Shown here in pieces: positions 17,123 through 25,810 of a stretch of DNA of 25,836 nt (the stretch's first letter is position 1; every line of letters starts with the position of its first letter). Source of the stretch: Candidatus Omnitrophota bacterium. Lineage in GTDB: Bacteria; Ratteibacteria; UBA8468; MWAK01. The position numbers and the translations under genes were made by a program. The stretch spans positions 1 to 25,836 of the forward strand of contig JAZDPL010000001.1 in assembly GCA_043797665.1 (NCBI GenBank), written 5' to 3'. The notes under the pieces were generated by a model. It saw nothing but the letters and a program-made list of their open reading frames with translations. It did no database searches and was not told the origin of the DNA.

Positions 17123-18250
17123 CTAGGCACCGTAACGGCCTTCTATCAGTTTCTTTTTGACCTCTAAGTAATACTGGAAGTTTTCGTAGGAGATATCCGG
17201 CGGCACCGAGTGGTCGATGGTGGGAATATATCCCCCGGTCTCTAAAAGATAAGGCACCTGACAGAGGAGTTCTTTTTCAATCTCTTTTTTGCCTTTGATT
17301 AACGCCCGTTTGTCAATACCGCCCATAAGAGCAAACGCCTGGCCATACTCCTTCCGAATCTTTACCGCATCCATCCCGGCCGCCCGTTCTATCGGGCAGA
17401 TCTGGTTCATCCCGGTCTCAATGATAAGGGGGAAGAGGACTTCAATGTTTCCATCGCTGTCCAGGCTGATAATATCCACGCCGTGACTGCGCAGGTATTC
17501 GTTGAGCCGGCGGTACCGCGGTAAGAGGAACCGCTTGAAGATACCGGGCGAAACAAGGGGCCCGTTCTTAAAGGCAAAATCCTCAAAATAGTTAAACCAG
17601 TCTACCTCTACGTCCTGGAGTGCCTGACGGGTTACCTCCACAAAGAAGTCAGCCATAAAATCAAGCATTTCCTCAGCCAGTACTGGATCGTCATAGAAGA
17701 TGGTGCAGGCGTTTTCCGTACCCATCCAGCGCCGGAGCATACTGTAAAAACCAAAACCACCAATTCCGGTTAAGGCCAGCGGATAATCACGTCCTTTATA
17801 ACACCGCACCACGTCAGACCACCAGCGCGGGTAGCGGATGGGGGAGTGGGGGTTGTAACGTTCTTTCATCTTTAAGAAACTTGCCCGGTCCGTAACCGGA
17901 AAACTGAGGTACTGGTCCATTGACATTCGGCCGCCTCTGACCGTTCCGTCCTTGAGGGTCCGGTGCACAATACCGTCAGAACCCCGGAAAAGGATGATAC
18001 GGTCATCTTCTTCTAAGACCTCATCTTTGAACCCGGGCACCATTCCGGAGACGTTGAGCGGAATGTATTCCCAACGTTCAAAACCAAAAAACTCGTTTCC
18101 GTTTATGAAGAGGTCCGGATGGACGTCCTGGGGCATACCCTCGTTGTACCACCGCTCCAAAGTTTGGGGCCAGAAGGCGATTTCTATGTAGGGAGCATGG
18201 TCGATACTCTGAAAACGGTTGCAGGTCAGAAACCTTTCCCGATTGTTCAC
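17123..18250 (-). CDS. URO-D superfamily protein (subtype B)
   Basis: Start placed at GTG 18250 (xNNRERF aligns with paralogs; GGAGG very close upstream; track start 18289); GTVRGGRMSMDQY, FEDFAFKNGPLVSP, DSDG, GGYIPTIDHSVPPDI. Confidence 0.85.
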   Translation of the reverse strand: MNNRERFLTCNRFQSIDHAPYIEIAFWPQTLERWYNEGMPQDVHPDLFINGNEFFGFERWEYIPLNVSGMVPGFKDEVLEEDDRIILFRGSDGIVHRTLKDGTVRGGRMSMDQYLSFPVTDRASFLKMKERYNPHSPIRYPRWWSDVVRCYKGRDYPLALTGIGGFGFYSMLRRWMGTENACTIFYDDPVLAEEMLDFMADFFVEVTRQALQDVEVDWFNYFEDFAFKNGPLVSPGIFKRFLLPRYRRLNEYLRSHGVDIISLDSDGNIEVLFPLIIETGMNQICPIERAAGMDAVKIRKEYGQAFALMGGIDKRALIKGKKEIEKELLCQVPYLLETGGYIPTIDHSVPPDISYENFQYYLEVKKKLIEGRYGA

Positions 18251-18275
18251 ATACCTCCGTTGAAAATAATAGATG

Positions 18276-20630
18276 TCAAAAATCGGCACACGGCCGGATT
18301 TCTACCAGGACAACAGAAAGCGGCTGCATACTGAGCCGTTCACGGCGCGGAAGAGATGTGGATTTCAACCAGGATTCAGGCACGCCGTCGGTGATTCGGT
18401 TCACGTTAAAAGATTCAGATGGTGTTTCGTATCCGGACAGTTCGACCTCGAACGCTACCGGCTCCTCGGAGATATTGACGAAGATATACCCGATACGGCC
18501 GTCCCGGCCACGGAATGCGGCGTGCTGAACCGCATAATCCTGTACCTCATGGCGCTGCTGCGGGTCCGCATGGTGGGCTGAGCCGTCATAGAAAAACTTG
18601 CAGTATTGAGCCGTGACCATCGGCACGTCAATCCGGGGAGGCCGGAGCATTTCCCCGAACATAACGTAGGGCCAGCACTCGGCAGCGGCCGCCCGTATGA
18701 GCTTCCGGTAGAAACCGATGGTAATCGGATTGTGGTCGGCCGGCTCCTTGAAATACCGTCCGCCGGTCGGCACCACCCCCTGGGTAAGCGCTTTGCCAAG
18801 ACTGCGGGTCCAATACAACACTTCCGGCCGGTTGGATTCCACATAGGCAGCGCAATACGAACCGATGTATTCGTTATAAACATAATTGAACAGCGGAATG
18901 GTCTCCCCTCCCATGGGCATACCGCGGGAGTAATGACCAAAATACTCCATGTTGCCTGCTCGGTGGTCGTACATATCAAGATAGGGAATGAAGTTCTCCG
19001 AGATACCCTCGGTGGTGATGGCACAGTCCGCATTCCGTGCCTTACCCTGCCGGCGAACCTCTGCCAGAATGCGTCCCCATGCTTCCGACCACCACGAGCC
19101 GTGCCCGATGGGATGACCGTGAGCCGGGTCGTAACAGGTTTTACTGCCGCAACAGGGGAAGTTGTCAATCTGAACAACGGTGCAGCCGAGGTCAAGACAT
19201 CGGACGAAAATTTCCGCGGTCAGGTTTTGCGTGTACGCCGTGTGGGGGCACAGCCAGGAAACTTCCCATCCCTTAGACCATGATTGAATGACCGGGTTGC
19301 CGGCCGGTTCCTTGATGGCGTGGGGATGTGCTTCGGCGTTGAACCGGTCCCAACTGTCAAAGACCGGTTCGTGCGGGCTTTTGACATACCAGCACCCGCC
19401 GGTGATATACACGAAACCGTAATTTCCTGCCTTTCGCAGGCGCGCCATAGCTTCATGGAAAACCTCCTCTCCTTCCCGCGGAGGAAAGAATCCGGCCGGA
19501 CCGGTCCAGGCACCGCCGCCTTCCCAGTTAAAGACCAGTGCCAGCAAAGGCACGCCGGCTTCCTCAGAGAGTTTGTTCACAACCTCCGCAATCTGCTTTA
19601 TGGTATGGTTAATCTTCAGGACCGGTATATCATAGTTGGACATCTGAAATACGCCGAATCCGGTTCGCATCCAATTGGCGATGTCCCGGTCCCAGAGTTT
19701 CTTTTCGCACCACCACTGCTGGGTTGCCCAGGACTTGTAGATGTCCGCGGCCTCGTACCAATCGCCGTGGAATACCTCCAGGATGTTGTCATAACCGATT
19801 TCAACGTCGGCACCGGACTTTTCCCCGGGGAAATGCGACACCGACATAATCGGATAAGGACCAAGGTGGTCCCAGGGCTCCATGCTAAATCTCTTCACGT
19901 TCTGGCCGGCATCGTGGGTCGCAAGATACAATCCGGCCAGGTCGTTGTAGAATGCATACATCTGCATGGGCAGGCTGCCCGGATAAAGGCCACTGACCCG
20001 GCCGAGACCCACATCCGCTGTTTCCGGACCGGGTCCGCTGCAGAGCGGCAGACGGTCCTTCACCGGGAAAGGATTTTTGAACAGGTAACCTTCGCCTTGA
20101 TAAGGGACAGATAGGGCTTCCCCCGGCGCGGGGTCACCCACCTTCGACAAACCGGAGATGACCGGACACGTCAACTGGTAAAGAGCGGCATCAGCCGGGA
20201 TGCCGGTCACTGCCATGTGCCAAACGCTACGAAGGGAGTCCGGGGCTAACGAGATTTTTACCGAGACTTTGAGACCGGGGATGGAAAGGCCGGAAGAGGC
20301 AAGGGTCAGCGTAACCGTTCCCTCAGTCTCATCCTGCGTCCATTCCAGCCGGCTGGCTTCTCCGCTGTCGTGCCATTCCAGATTTTGTTCCGGCGAACGG
20401 CGCACCGCTAATCGCCAGAGCAGTGCCGGAGCCTCAGCGTCGCGGCGGAGCTGGCAGCCGGTAGCTTTGTCCAGAATTGAGGTCAACGCGCCGTTCCGGG
20501 TCTGACTGAAACCGAGTTCAAGGCAGGCGTTTCCCAGAACGATATGGTTGCCCTCAGTGCGGACGTAAACCGATGATTGGGCCGGTGTGCATCCAGACAT
20601 AATATTCTCTTCAGAACGTTCCTTTCTCAC
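18276..20630 (-). CDS. DUF6259-like putative glycoside hydrolase, no signal peptide
   Basis: 784 aa; YPGSLPMQMYAFY, GLYLATHD, FHGDWYEAADIYKSWA, VVQIDNF, CYDPAHGHPIG, ITTEG, IPLFNYVYNEY, GEMLRPP. Start may be ATG 20600. Confidence 0.72.
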   Translation of the reverse strand: MRKERSEENIMSGCTPAQSSVYVRTEGNHIVLGNACLELGFSQTRNGALTSILDKATGCQLRRDAEAPALLWRLAVRRSPEQNLEWHDSGEASRLEWTQDETEGTVTLTLASSGLSIPGLKVSVKISLAPDSLRSVWHMAVTGIPADAALYQLTCPVISGLSKVGDPAPGEALSVPYQGEGYLFKNPFPVKDRLPLCSGPGPETADVGLGRVSGLYPGSLPMQMYAFYNDLAGLYLATHDAGQNVKRFSMEPWDHLGPYPIMSVSHFPGEKSGADVEIGYDNILEVFHGDWYEAADIYKSWATQQWWCEKKLWDRDIANWMRTGFGVFQMSNYDIPVLKINHTIKQIAEVVNKLSEEAGVPLLALVFNWEGGGAWTGPAGFFPPREGEEVFHEAMARLRKAGNYGFVYITGGCWYVKSPHEPVFDSWDRFNAEAHPHAIKEPAGNPVIQSWSKGWEVSWLCPHTAYTQNLTAEIFVRCLDLGCTVVQIDNFPCCGSKTCYDPAHGHPIGHGSWWSEAWGRILAEVRRQGKARNADCAITTEGISENFIPYLDMYDHRAGNMEYFGHYSRGMPMGGETIPLFNYVYNEYIGSYCAAYVESNRPEVLYWTRSLGKALTQGVVPTGGRYFKEPADHNPITIGFYRKLIRAAAAECWPYVMFGEMLRPPRIDVPMVTAQYCKFFYDGSAHHADPQQRHEVQDYAVQHAAFRGRDGRIGYIFVNISEEPVAFEVELSGYETPSESFNVNRITDGVPESWLKSTSLPRRERLSMQPLSVVLVEIRPCADF

Positions 20631-20849
20631 CGCCTAATAATCTTCCGCAATTACTATATAGGGGTTGGCAAACGCTACATCGGGCGGTATGCTGTGGTCA
20701 AGCCCGGGTACGTAACCGCCCTCCTGAACCAGAGGCCGGATACGTCTCAGTTCTGCGTCTATGGCCGGGGGCCCCTGAGCCATAACGCGTTTGTCTATGC
20801 CAAACCACATCCGTAAGTTCCGGCCGTACTTGCGCCGGACCTCCAGTAC
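20621..20849 (-). pseudogene. 5'-truncated, frameshifted remnant of a subtype A URO-D gene (homologous to 16015-16251)
   Basis: About 166/180 nt identical to 16067-16246 in the core by hand count; net 8-nt loss near the 3' end shifts the frame (ANPYIVIAEDY versus ANYCYYMEQLWKIIRW); only the last ~75 codons remain. Confidence 0.88.
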
Positions 20850-20877
20850 CATCACCCAGTCTTGATGATTTTAAATA

Positions 20878-21747
20878 TTATTCCCACCTTCTTCGTGGAC
20901 TAAAACCAACAACCTCTTGCATCTTAGAACAGTCAAAAAATGAAGCGTAAGGCTCTTTCTCGTAAATATAAGGTTTACGGATAATGACATCTTGTCCATA
21001 GCGTTCGTAGATAATATCTAGTGTTGGTTTACTAAAATAAGTTGTTGGACCACATACCAGGAAAATTTCATATTCAACTTCATCATGAAGAGCAAATGCA
21101 GCCACAGCTTCACAAAAATCATCCACCGATAGATATGGGCTAAAAAGAAGACGTGGATCTTGTTCCGCACGACCTTGTTGAATCAATGGCATAACAGTCT
21201 GTTTAAAACCTTCCAAACCACGGTCTGTCATCACCCACTGATACCGCAGAACAATAAACTTAATACCATATTGTCTGTTGAAACCTTTCGCCATAATCTC
21301 ACCGAATAGTTTACTATAACTATAAGCTTCATTTGGCGTGCACGGATGTTCTTCATCAATCGGAAAATATTTTGGTATAGGCTTATATCCTTTTGGCATA
21401 TGTCCAAACCCCATGGCAGATTCACTGGAACAATGTATAACACGACCTACACCAGCAGACGCTACGGCATTGAAAACATTGAAAGTCATTAATGTATTTT
21501 CTGACAATACCCGTTGGTCTCCTACATTCCGAGCAGTTGGCCAATTCGCAAGATGTACTACAAGATCATGACCTTTCATTATCTCTGGCAAATTTGTTGG
21601 TTCAAGCAAATTTGCTATCTTGCTACAAACACCTGGTTCTTGGCACTCTTGAATGTCTATGCTAGTGACATAATGACCATTTTGTACCAAATGCCGGCAT
21701 AAATGATGACCAATATTTCCTGCTCCACCAGTAACGATAATCCGCAT
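20878..21747 (-). CDS. NAD(P)-dependent epimerase/dehydratase (extended SDR) family oxidoreductase
   Basis: 289 aa; IIVTGGAGNIG, VVHLA, CSSESAMG, PIDEEHP, YSYSK catalytic YxxxK; SD GAGG. Confidence 0.92.
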   Translation of the reverse strand: MRIIVTGGAGNIGHHLCRHLVQNGHYVTSIDIQECQEPGVCSKIANLLEPTNLPEIMKGHDLVVHLANWPTARNVGDQRVLSENTLMTFNVFNAVASAGVGRVIHCSSESAMGFGHMPKGYKPIPKYFPIDEEHPCTPNEAYSYSKLFGEIMAKGFNRQYGIKFIVLRYQWVMTDRGLEGFKQTVMPLIQQGRAEQDPRLLFSPYLSVDDFCEAVAAFALHDEVEYEIFLVCGPTTYFSKPTLDIIYERYGQDVIIRKPYIYEKEPYASFFDCSKMQEVVGFSPRRRWE

Positions 21748-21764
21748 AATTTAACCTCGTTATC

Positions 21765-22490
21765 CTATGGAATCACTGGAGTCAGGGATTCATCCTTCGT
21801 CTTTTCTTCCTGATGATAATTAGTTTTAATCTCTTCGGCGGATAAAGCACGGTTATAGATCTTCGTCTCACCGATAAAACCGCTGAACCATCTCTGAGTT
21901 CCGTTCTCCGACCCAAAATAAAGGTTTGGGGTAACGACCCCCCCTATGCCACCCTCAAGCCACTCCTGGGAGAAAGTCCGCTCACCATTAAAATAGGCCG
22001 TAATCTCCTCATTCTCGATGCTATACACTAACGCTATATAACTCCACTTATCTACAGGAACTCTTGAAGGGGGGTATACCCAAAACCAATCGTCATTCCT
22101 CGCCGTTCTGTTTTCACTCCTTACGTAATTCTCCTCCAGAATTAACGTCCATACATACTTGGAGACAATCATGCCGCCATGAAATACCCGAGGTACCTTT
22201 ACCCAGGTAGTAATTGTCAGTGGGCCATCAATCTGAAGACTGGTACTATTCCCGCAATTTACATAGTCATCTTTGTGGTCAAATAGAAGAGCACAAGCAG
22301 TCTTCCCCTTAACCCAGGTTGCACCGTATATCTTACCGTCGTTACCGTTTCCGCTACTATCATGCAGAATTTCACCAGAGCCTTCATCAAACTTCCACCA
22401 GCCGGCAAGTCCTTCTTCGGCTTTAGTAGAAAGAGCAAAACAAAATACAAAAAACATTACCCCGACACCCAATACATATTTTTTAACCAT
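21765..22490 (-). CDS. Secreted LamG / concanavalin A-like jelly-roll domain protein
   Basis: Start moved to ATG 22490 (SD AAGGAGG; MVKKYVLGVGVMFFVFCFALSTKA signal peptide); LAGWWKFDEGSG, DSSGNGNDG, LTITTWVK, WSYIALVY, KIYNRALSAEEI. Confidence 0.87.
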   Translation of the reverse strand: MVKKYVLGVGVMFFVFCFALSTKAEEGLAGWWKFDEGSGEILHDSSGNGNDGKIYGATWVKGKTACALLFDHKDDYVNCGNSTSLQIDGPLTITTWVKVPRVFHGGMIVSKYVWTLILEENYVRSENRTARNDDWFWVYPPSRVPVDKWSYIALVYSIENEEITAYFNGERTFSQEWLEGGIGGVVTPNLYFGSENGTQRWFSGFIGETKIYNRALSAEEIKTNYHQEEKTKDESLTPVIP

Positions 22491-22492
22491 AC

Positions 22493-24985
22493 CTATTCCT
22501 CCTTTACCCATATTATCTTAAATTTCCCGAGGTCCTGTTCAAATTCAAATCCTCCATCACTCATATTTATAGGCTTATTACTCTCCCGGCTGTCTATTCT
22601 AATTACTCCATCATAGGTATTGTTGTCACAAAACTCCAGTTTATCGTAGGCAGACAGTTTTCCTTTAAGTTTAAGATTTTGCAAATTGAGTTGAATTTTA
22701 ACTTTGGTGTTTCCCGTACCTAAATTAGCGACCACGGCAAGGACTCCGTTTTTAGGATGTCGGTATAAACTAACATATACATCCGTACTCCCGGAATTGA
22801 CAGTAACATACTCTTTGTTTTTCCAGTAAGGGAGCCACTCCGCCTGCTTGCGACCAAATTCATCCATTATCTTCCATGCTGCTTGCAAGTACATCCGAGA
22901 AGGTGGTAAATCGTGAAGGAGGGATATAGCAAGACCGTGGGTTGACTGCTTATCCCATGAGAACAAGCAATCGTGTAAGAACTCAGCCGGCACACCAAAC
23001 TGATGCCCCATAAATTCAGAGCGAAAGACGTCTAATGGCATCTTCTCTAAAATCGGGGCGTTTTCAGAAATTCCCAACATTTTACCCCTATCACCAAGAT
23101 GCTCACCGTCCCAATAACTTGTAGCCCAGCTCATAATAGGGGTCAACATATTAAGGGAATTATGCAAATTTATCTGGCCATCAGGCTTACGTTTTATAAC
23201 TATGGCATACATACGCTGCATTATCTGGCGGCAGGCAAATATAGAGTTAGTTCTCTCAACCCTACCACTCAACCCTATATATCCGCAGCCATGTAAAATA
23301 TTTTTGCAATAACCGTTGGGGTGAAACACCGAAGGTAGACCATCTAAGTAAACACCATCTACGCCATACTCATCCATCATTGTTTTAGCAAGGCCATCTG
23401 CCAGGCGGTCCTGCCAAACGCTCTTCCAGCAAATATTGAGACACCTCTGGCTTGCCATAGGAGGGCTATTAAGGAAAGCTTCGTATACAATCGCAGGCAT
23501 CGCAGGGCATTCTTCCTTGAATAGGGGCCATTCTGGTTCTAAATCTGACAACGAGGCAGCAAGATAGAGGAGAACCTGACTCCCACGTTCATGGCAATCT
23601 TTAACCAGTTTCTTCAGTTCTTCTACATAGGGGGTTGAAGTGCTACCGAAGGCATCCGTCCATTGTTCGTGAAGGGCGAAAGTCTTAAAGCCGTAATCAA
23701 GAACTGATTTTGGAACATTGAAGCGGTCACCGCTGCCACGCGTCATGCCTGTGCCAAAACGACCCTGGTTCAGGTGTGCGAACCGATAGTCCCAAACATC
23801 CTTTATAACCGGCTTAACCGGTGTAGCTTGAAGACCAAAGGTATAACTTAGTTCAACAACTTCATCTTTAGGCTGCATGATGGGTATCCCCAAGGGATGA
23901 GTTATTCTATTCCCTGGTTTTAGGTGGATTGGTTTGTCCACTAAATGTAATCGGAGCTTCACTACATCCCTTTGTGGCAAAACTTCTATATTGCGAGTTA
24001 CCTTAATGTTATACCAATCCTTCTCTGATTCACAAAACCACTCCAGCCCCCGCTCCTCATCACCTAACCATATCATAGGTACAAATGATGTGACCCAGAT
24101 ATCCTTAGGGGTAAAGCCTACCCTACCCTCAAAGCCGGGTGTATAGATGTATTTTGCATACTCGGCAAGAAGTGGTATCTCAAGGGTTAATTCTTCTAAC
24201 TTTAAAACTCGCTTTGGTGTAACTTTGCAGTCTATTCTGATCATTCCATCGTATTCAATCTGCACTTCTCCTGACAGACTTAACCCTCCGGATAATGCCT
24301 CCCGGGTAAAGGAAATGATACCCGGGGTCTGTTTTTTTATCTTAGGAGAATTCCACTCAAAAGACACAACCTTACCATCAACTTTTGCTATAATGTCTAT
24401 TGGTCCGGCAAGAATAGAACTTCCTCTGGTTTCAATTTTTGCCGGAAACAGGCTATTATCGCTAAAATGGTATGCCCTGCCCCATACCTTAACTGTCAAA
24501 TCTCTGCCTTTTTGCTCAATTTCAACCGGTGTCCACGGAGGAAGCACTTCTTCAGTTATTCCTTCTTTTGAATTCAACCAAGTAAATTTTTCTAATTCTT
24601 TTGGCCACCAGGTAAACTCTTTCACAGACTCTTCACCCAACTGGAAGCCACCGGAATCTTTGGCAATTGCCTTGAGGCGGTAGATGCCCGCAGGTGAGTC
24701 CTGCATAGTAAAGGCGGCCATAAATTGCCTGGGCTTAGATAAAGGTATCGGCTTAAGTTCCTGATGCTCAATTACTTTAGATGTACCCGAACTGATCAGG
24801 GTTAATTCTATCTCACCTACCGCATCAGAATCTATACCTGACTTCTTAAAATCAAAATCCACTACTATCTTTCTCTGGCCATATAGTGGGTGCAATATCA
24901 TAAAATCACTTTCAGCTTTTACATCTCTGATTAAACCAAATGCAAAAAGCCCGACTAAGACATACAATATAGTCTCCTTAACCAT
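22493..24985 (-). CDS. Secreted DUF6067-like putative glycoside hydrolase
   Basis: Start moved to ATG 24985 (SD GGAGG); signal peptide ending VKA; VLPPWTPV, VWGRAYHF, IEYDGMIR, WLGDEERGLEWFCES, FGLQATPVKP, YGVDGVYLDG, SYWDGEH. Confidence 0.75.
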   Translation of the reverse strand: MVKETILYVLVGLFAFGLIRDVKAESDFMILHPLYGQRKIVVDFDFKKSGIDSDAVGEIELTLISSGTSKVIEHQELKPIPLSKPRQFMAAFTMQDSPAGIYRLKAIAKDSGGFQLGEESVKEFTWWPKELEKFTWLNSKEGITEEVLPPWTPVEIEQKGRDLTVKVWGRAYHFSDNSLFPAKIETRGSSILAGPIDIIAKVDGKVVSFEWNSPKIKKQTPGIISFTREALSGGLSLSGEVQIEYDGMIRIDCKVTPKRVLKLEELTLEIPLLAEYAKYIYTPGFEGRVGFTPKDIWVTSFVPMIWLGDEERGLEWFCESEKDWYNIKVTRNIEVLPQRDVVKLRLHLVDKPIHLKPGNRITHPLGIPIMQPKDEVVELSYTFGLQATPVKPVIKDVWDYRFAHLNQGRFGTGMTRGSGDRFNVPKSVLDYGFKTFALHEQWTDAFGSTSTPYVEELKKLVKDCHERGSQVLLYLAASLSDLEPEWPLFKEECPAMPAIVYEAFLNSPPMASQRCLNICWKSVWQDRLADGLAKTMMDEYGVDGVYLDGLPSVFHPNGYCKNILHGCGYIGLSGRVERTNSIFACRQIMQRMYAIVIKRKPDGQINLHNSLNMLTPIMSWATSYWDGEHLGDRGKMLGISENAPILEKMPLDVFRSEFMGHQFGVPAEFLHDCLFSWDKQSTHGLAISLLHDLPPSRMYLQAAWKIMDEFGRKQAEWLPYWKNKEYVTVNSGSTDVYVSLYRHPKNGVLAVVANLGTGNTKVKIQLNLQNLKLKGKLSAYDKLEFCDNNTYDGVIRIDSRESNKPINMSDGGFEFEQDLGKFKIIWVKEE

Positions 24986-25028
24986 GGTAATCACCTCCGT
25001 TTAAAATAAGGATTAAAAAATATACCCC

Positions 25029-25745
25029 TTAATAGTTCGCTCGGTTGTCGGGGATAAAGGTAATGTAATCTGGAGGACCTGAGTTCAAGGATAGGCCATA
25101 CTGCCCTAAATTCGCATACCATTGCACATGTCCGTCAGCAAAGAGAAGATTTGCTCCGTTTGAATGCTCTCTAGCCCCCAGCACACCGTTACCGTTAAAA
25201 TTTTCGAACCACGCATAGCCCTCTGCCAACACATTTATATTGTTATACCAGTCTCCATCGACACGTCGAGTATTGGGACAAAGAACAATAACTTGAGCAG
25301 GGTTCATAATATTTCCTATCTTAATTGGGAGACAGGTCCCGACGGGTAAACGAAAAACGTCGGTCCAGAGATTGGTGTTATATGCGTAACTAACAATACC
25401 ACCATAGCTGGGGCTGGTAAGGGGTCTGCGGTCATTTGGGCATACAAAAACCTTCTTATTGTTAATGTATGGTAAGAGTAGTCTGGCATAAGTTGGCTTT
25501 GCATCGTAGGAGGTAAAGTCCGTATCCGTTGGAAATATGTCATCATTATCCTGACAATACATATAAAACGCCAGGCCTATCTGTTTTAAATTACTGGTAC
25601 ACTGCGCCTTCCGGGCTTTTTCTCGCGCCTGACTCAACGCCGGCAGCAGCATCGCCGCCAGAAGGGCGATGATGGCGATGACCACTAACAGCTCAATCAA
25701 CGTGAACCCATGTCGGGGAGGGCGTGATAAAATCTTGTTACACAT
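25029..25745 (-). CDS. Prepilin-type N-terminal cleavage/methylation protein with H-X9-DG C-terminus (DUF1559-like), copy 3
   Basis: 238 aa; [83 protein letters not shown]. Confidence 0.92.
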   Translation of the reverse strand: MCNKILSRPPRHGFTLIELLVVIAIIALLAAMLLPALSQAREKARKAQCTSNLKQIGLAFYMYCQDNDDIFPTDTDFTSYDAKPTYARLLLPYINNKKVFVCPNDRRPLTSPSYGGIVSYAYNTNLWTDVFRLPVGTCLPIKIGNIMNPAQVIVLCPNTRRVDGDWYNNINVLAEGYAWFENFNGNGVLGAREHSNGANLLFADGHVQWYANLGQYGLSLNSGPPDYITFIPDNRANY

Positions 25746-25781
25746 ATGACACCTCCAAATTTGAAGTTCTCAAAAGGGAAG

Positions 25782-25810
25782 AAAAAGGGAAGAGAGCCAC
25801 CGGCTCTCCT
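25782..25810 (-). terminator. Possible intrinsic terminator or attenuator hairpin upstream of prepilin copy 3
   Basis: Minus strand GAGAGCC-GGT-GGCTCTC followed by TTCCCTTTTT; the U-tract is interrupted and upstream context is cut off by the window edge. Confidence 0.4.

Noticed and set aside
1034..18250. Calling the URO-D-like genes hemE or mtaA
   Set aside because: The RQAGR and HxC...C motifs are absent and no tetrapyrrole or corrinoid genes are nearby, so only the superfamily call is supportable.
20634..20855. 73-aa ORF as a functional small protein
   Set aside because: It is the frameshifted 3' end of a URO-D gene with no SD, so it is treated as a pseudogene.
20856..25600. Prophage, IS or integron origin for the AT-rich block
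   Set aside because: No integrase, transposase, terminal inverted repeats, attC-like sites or tRNA found.
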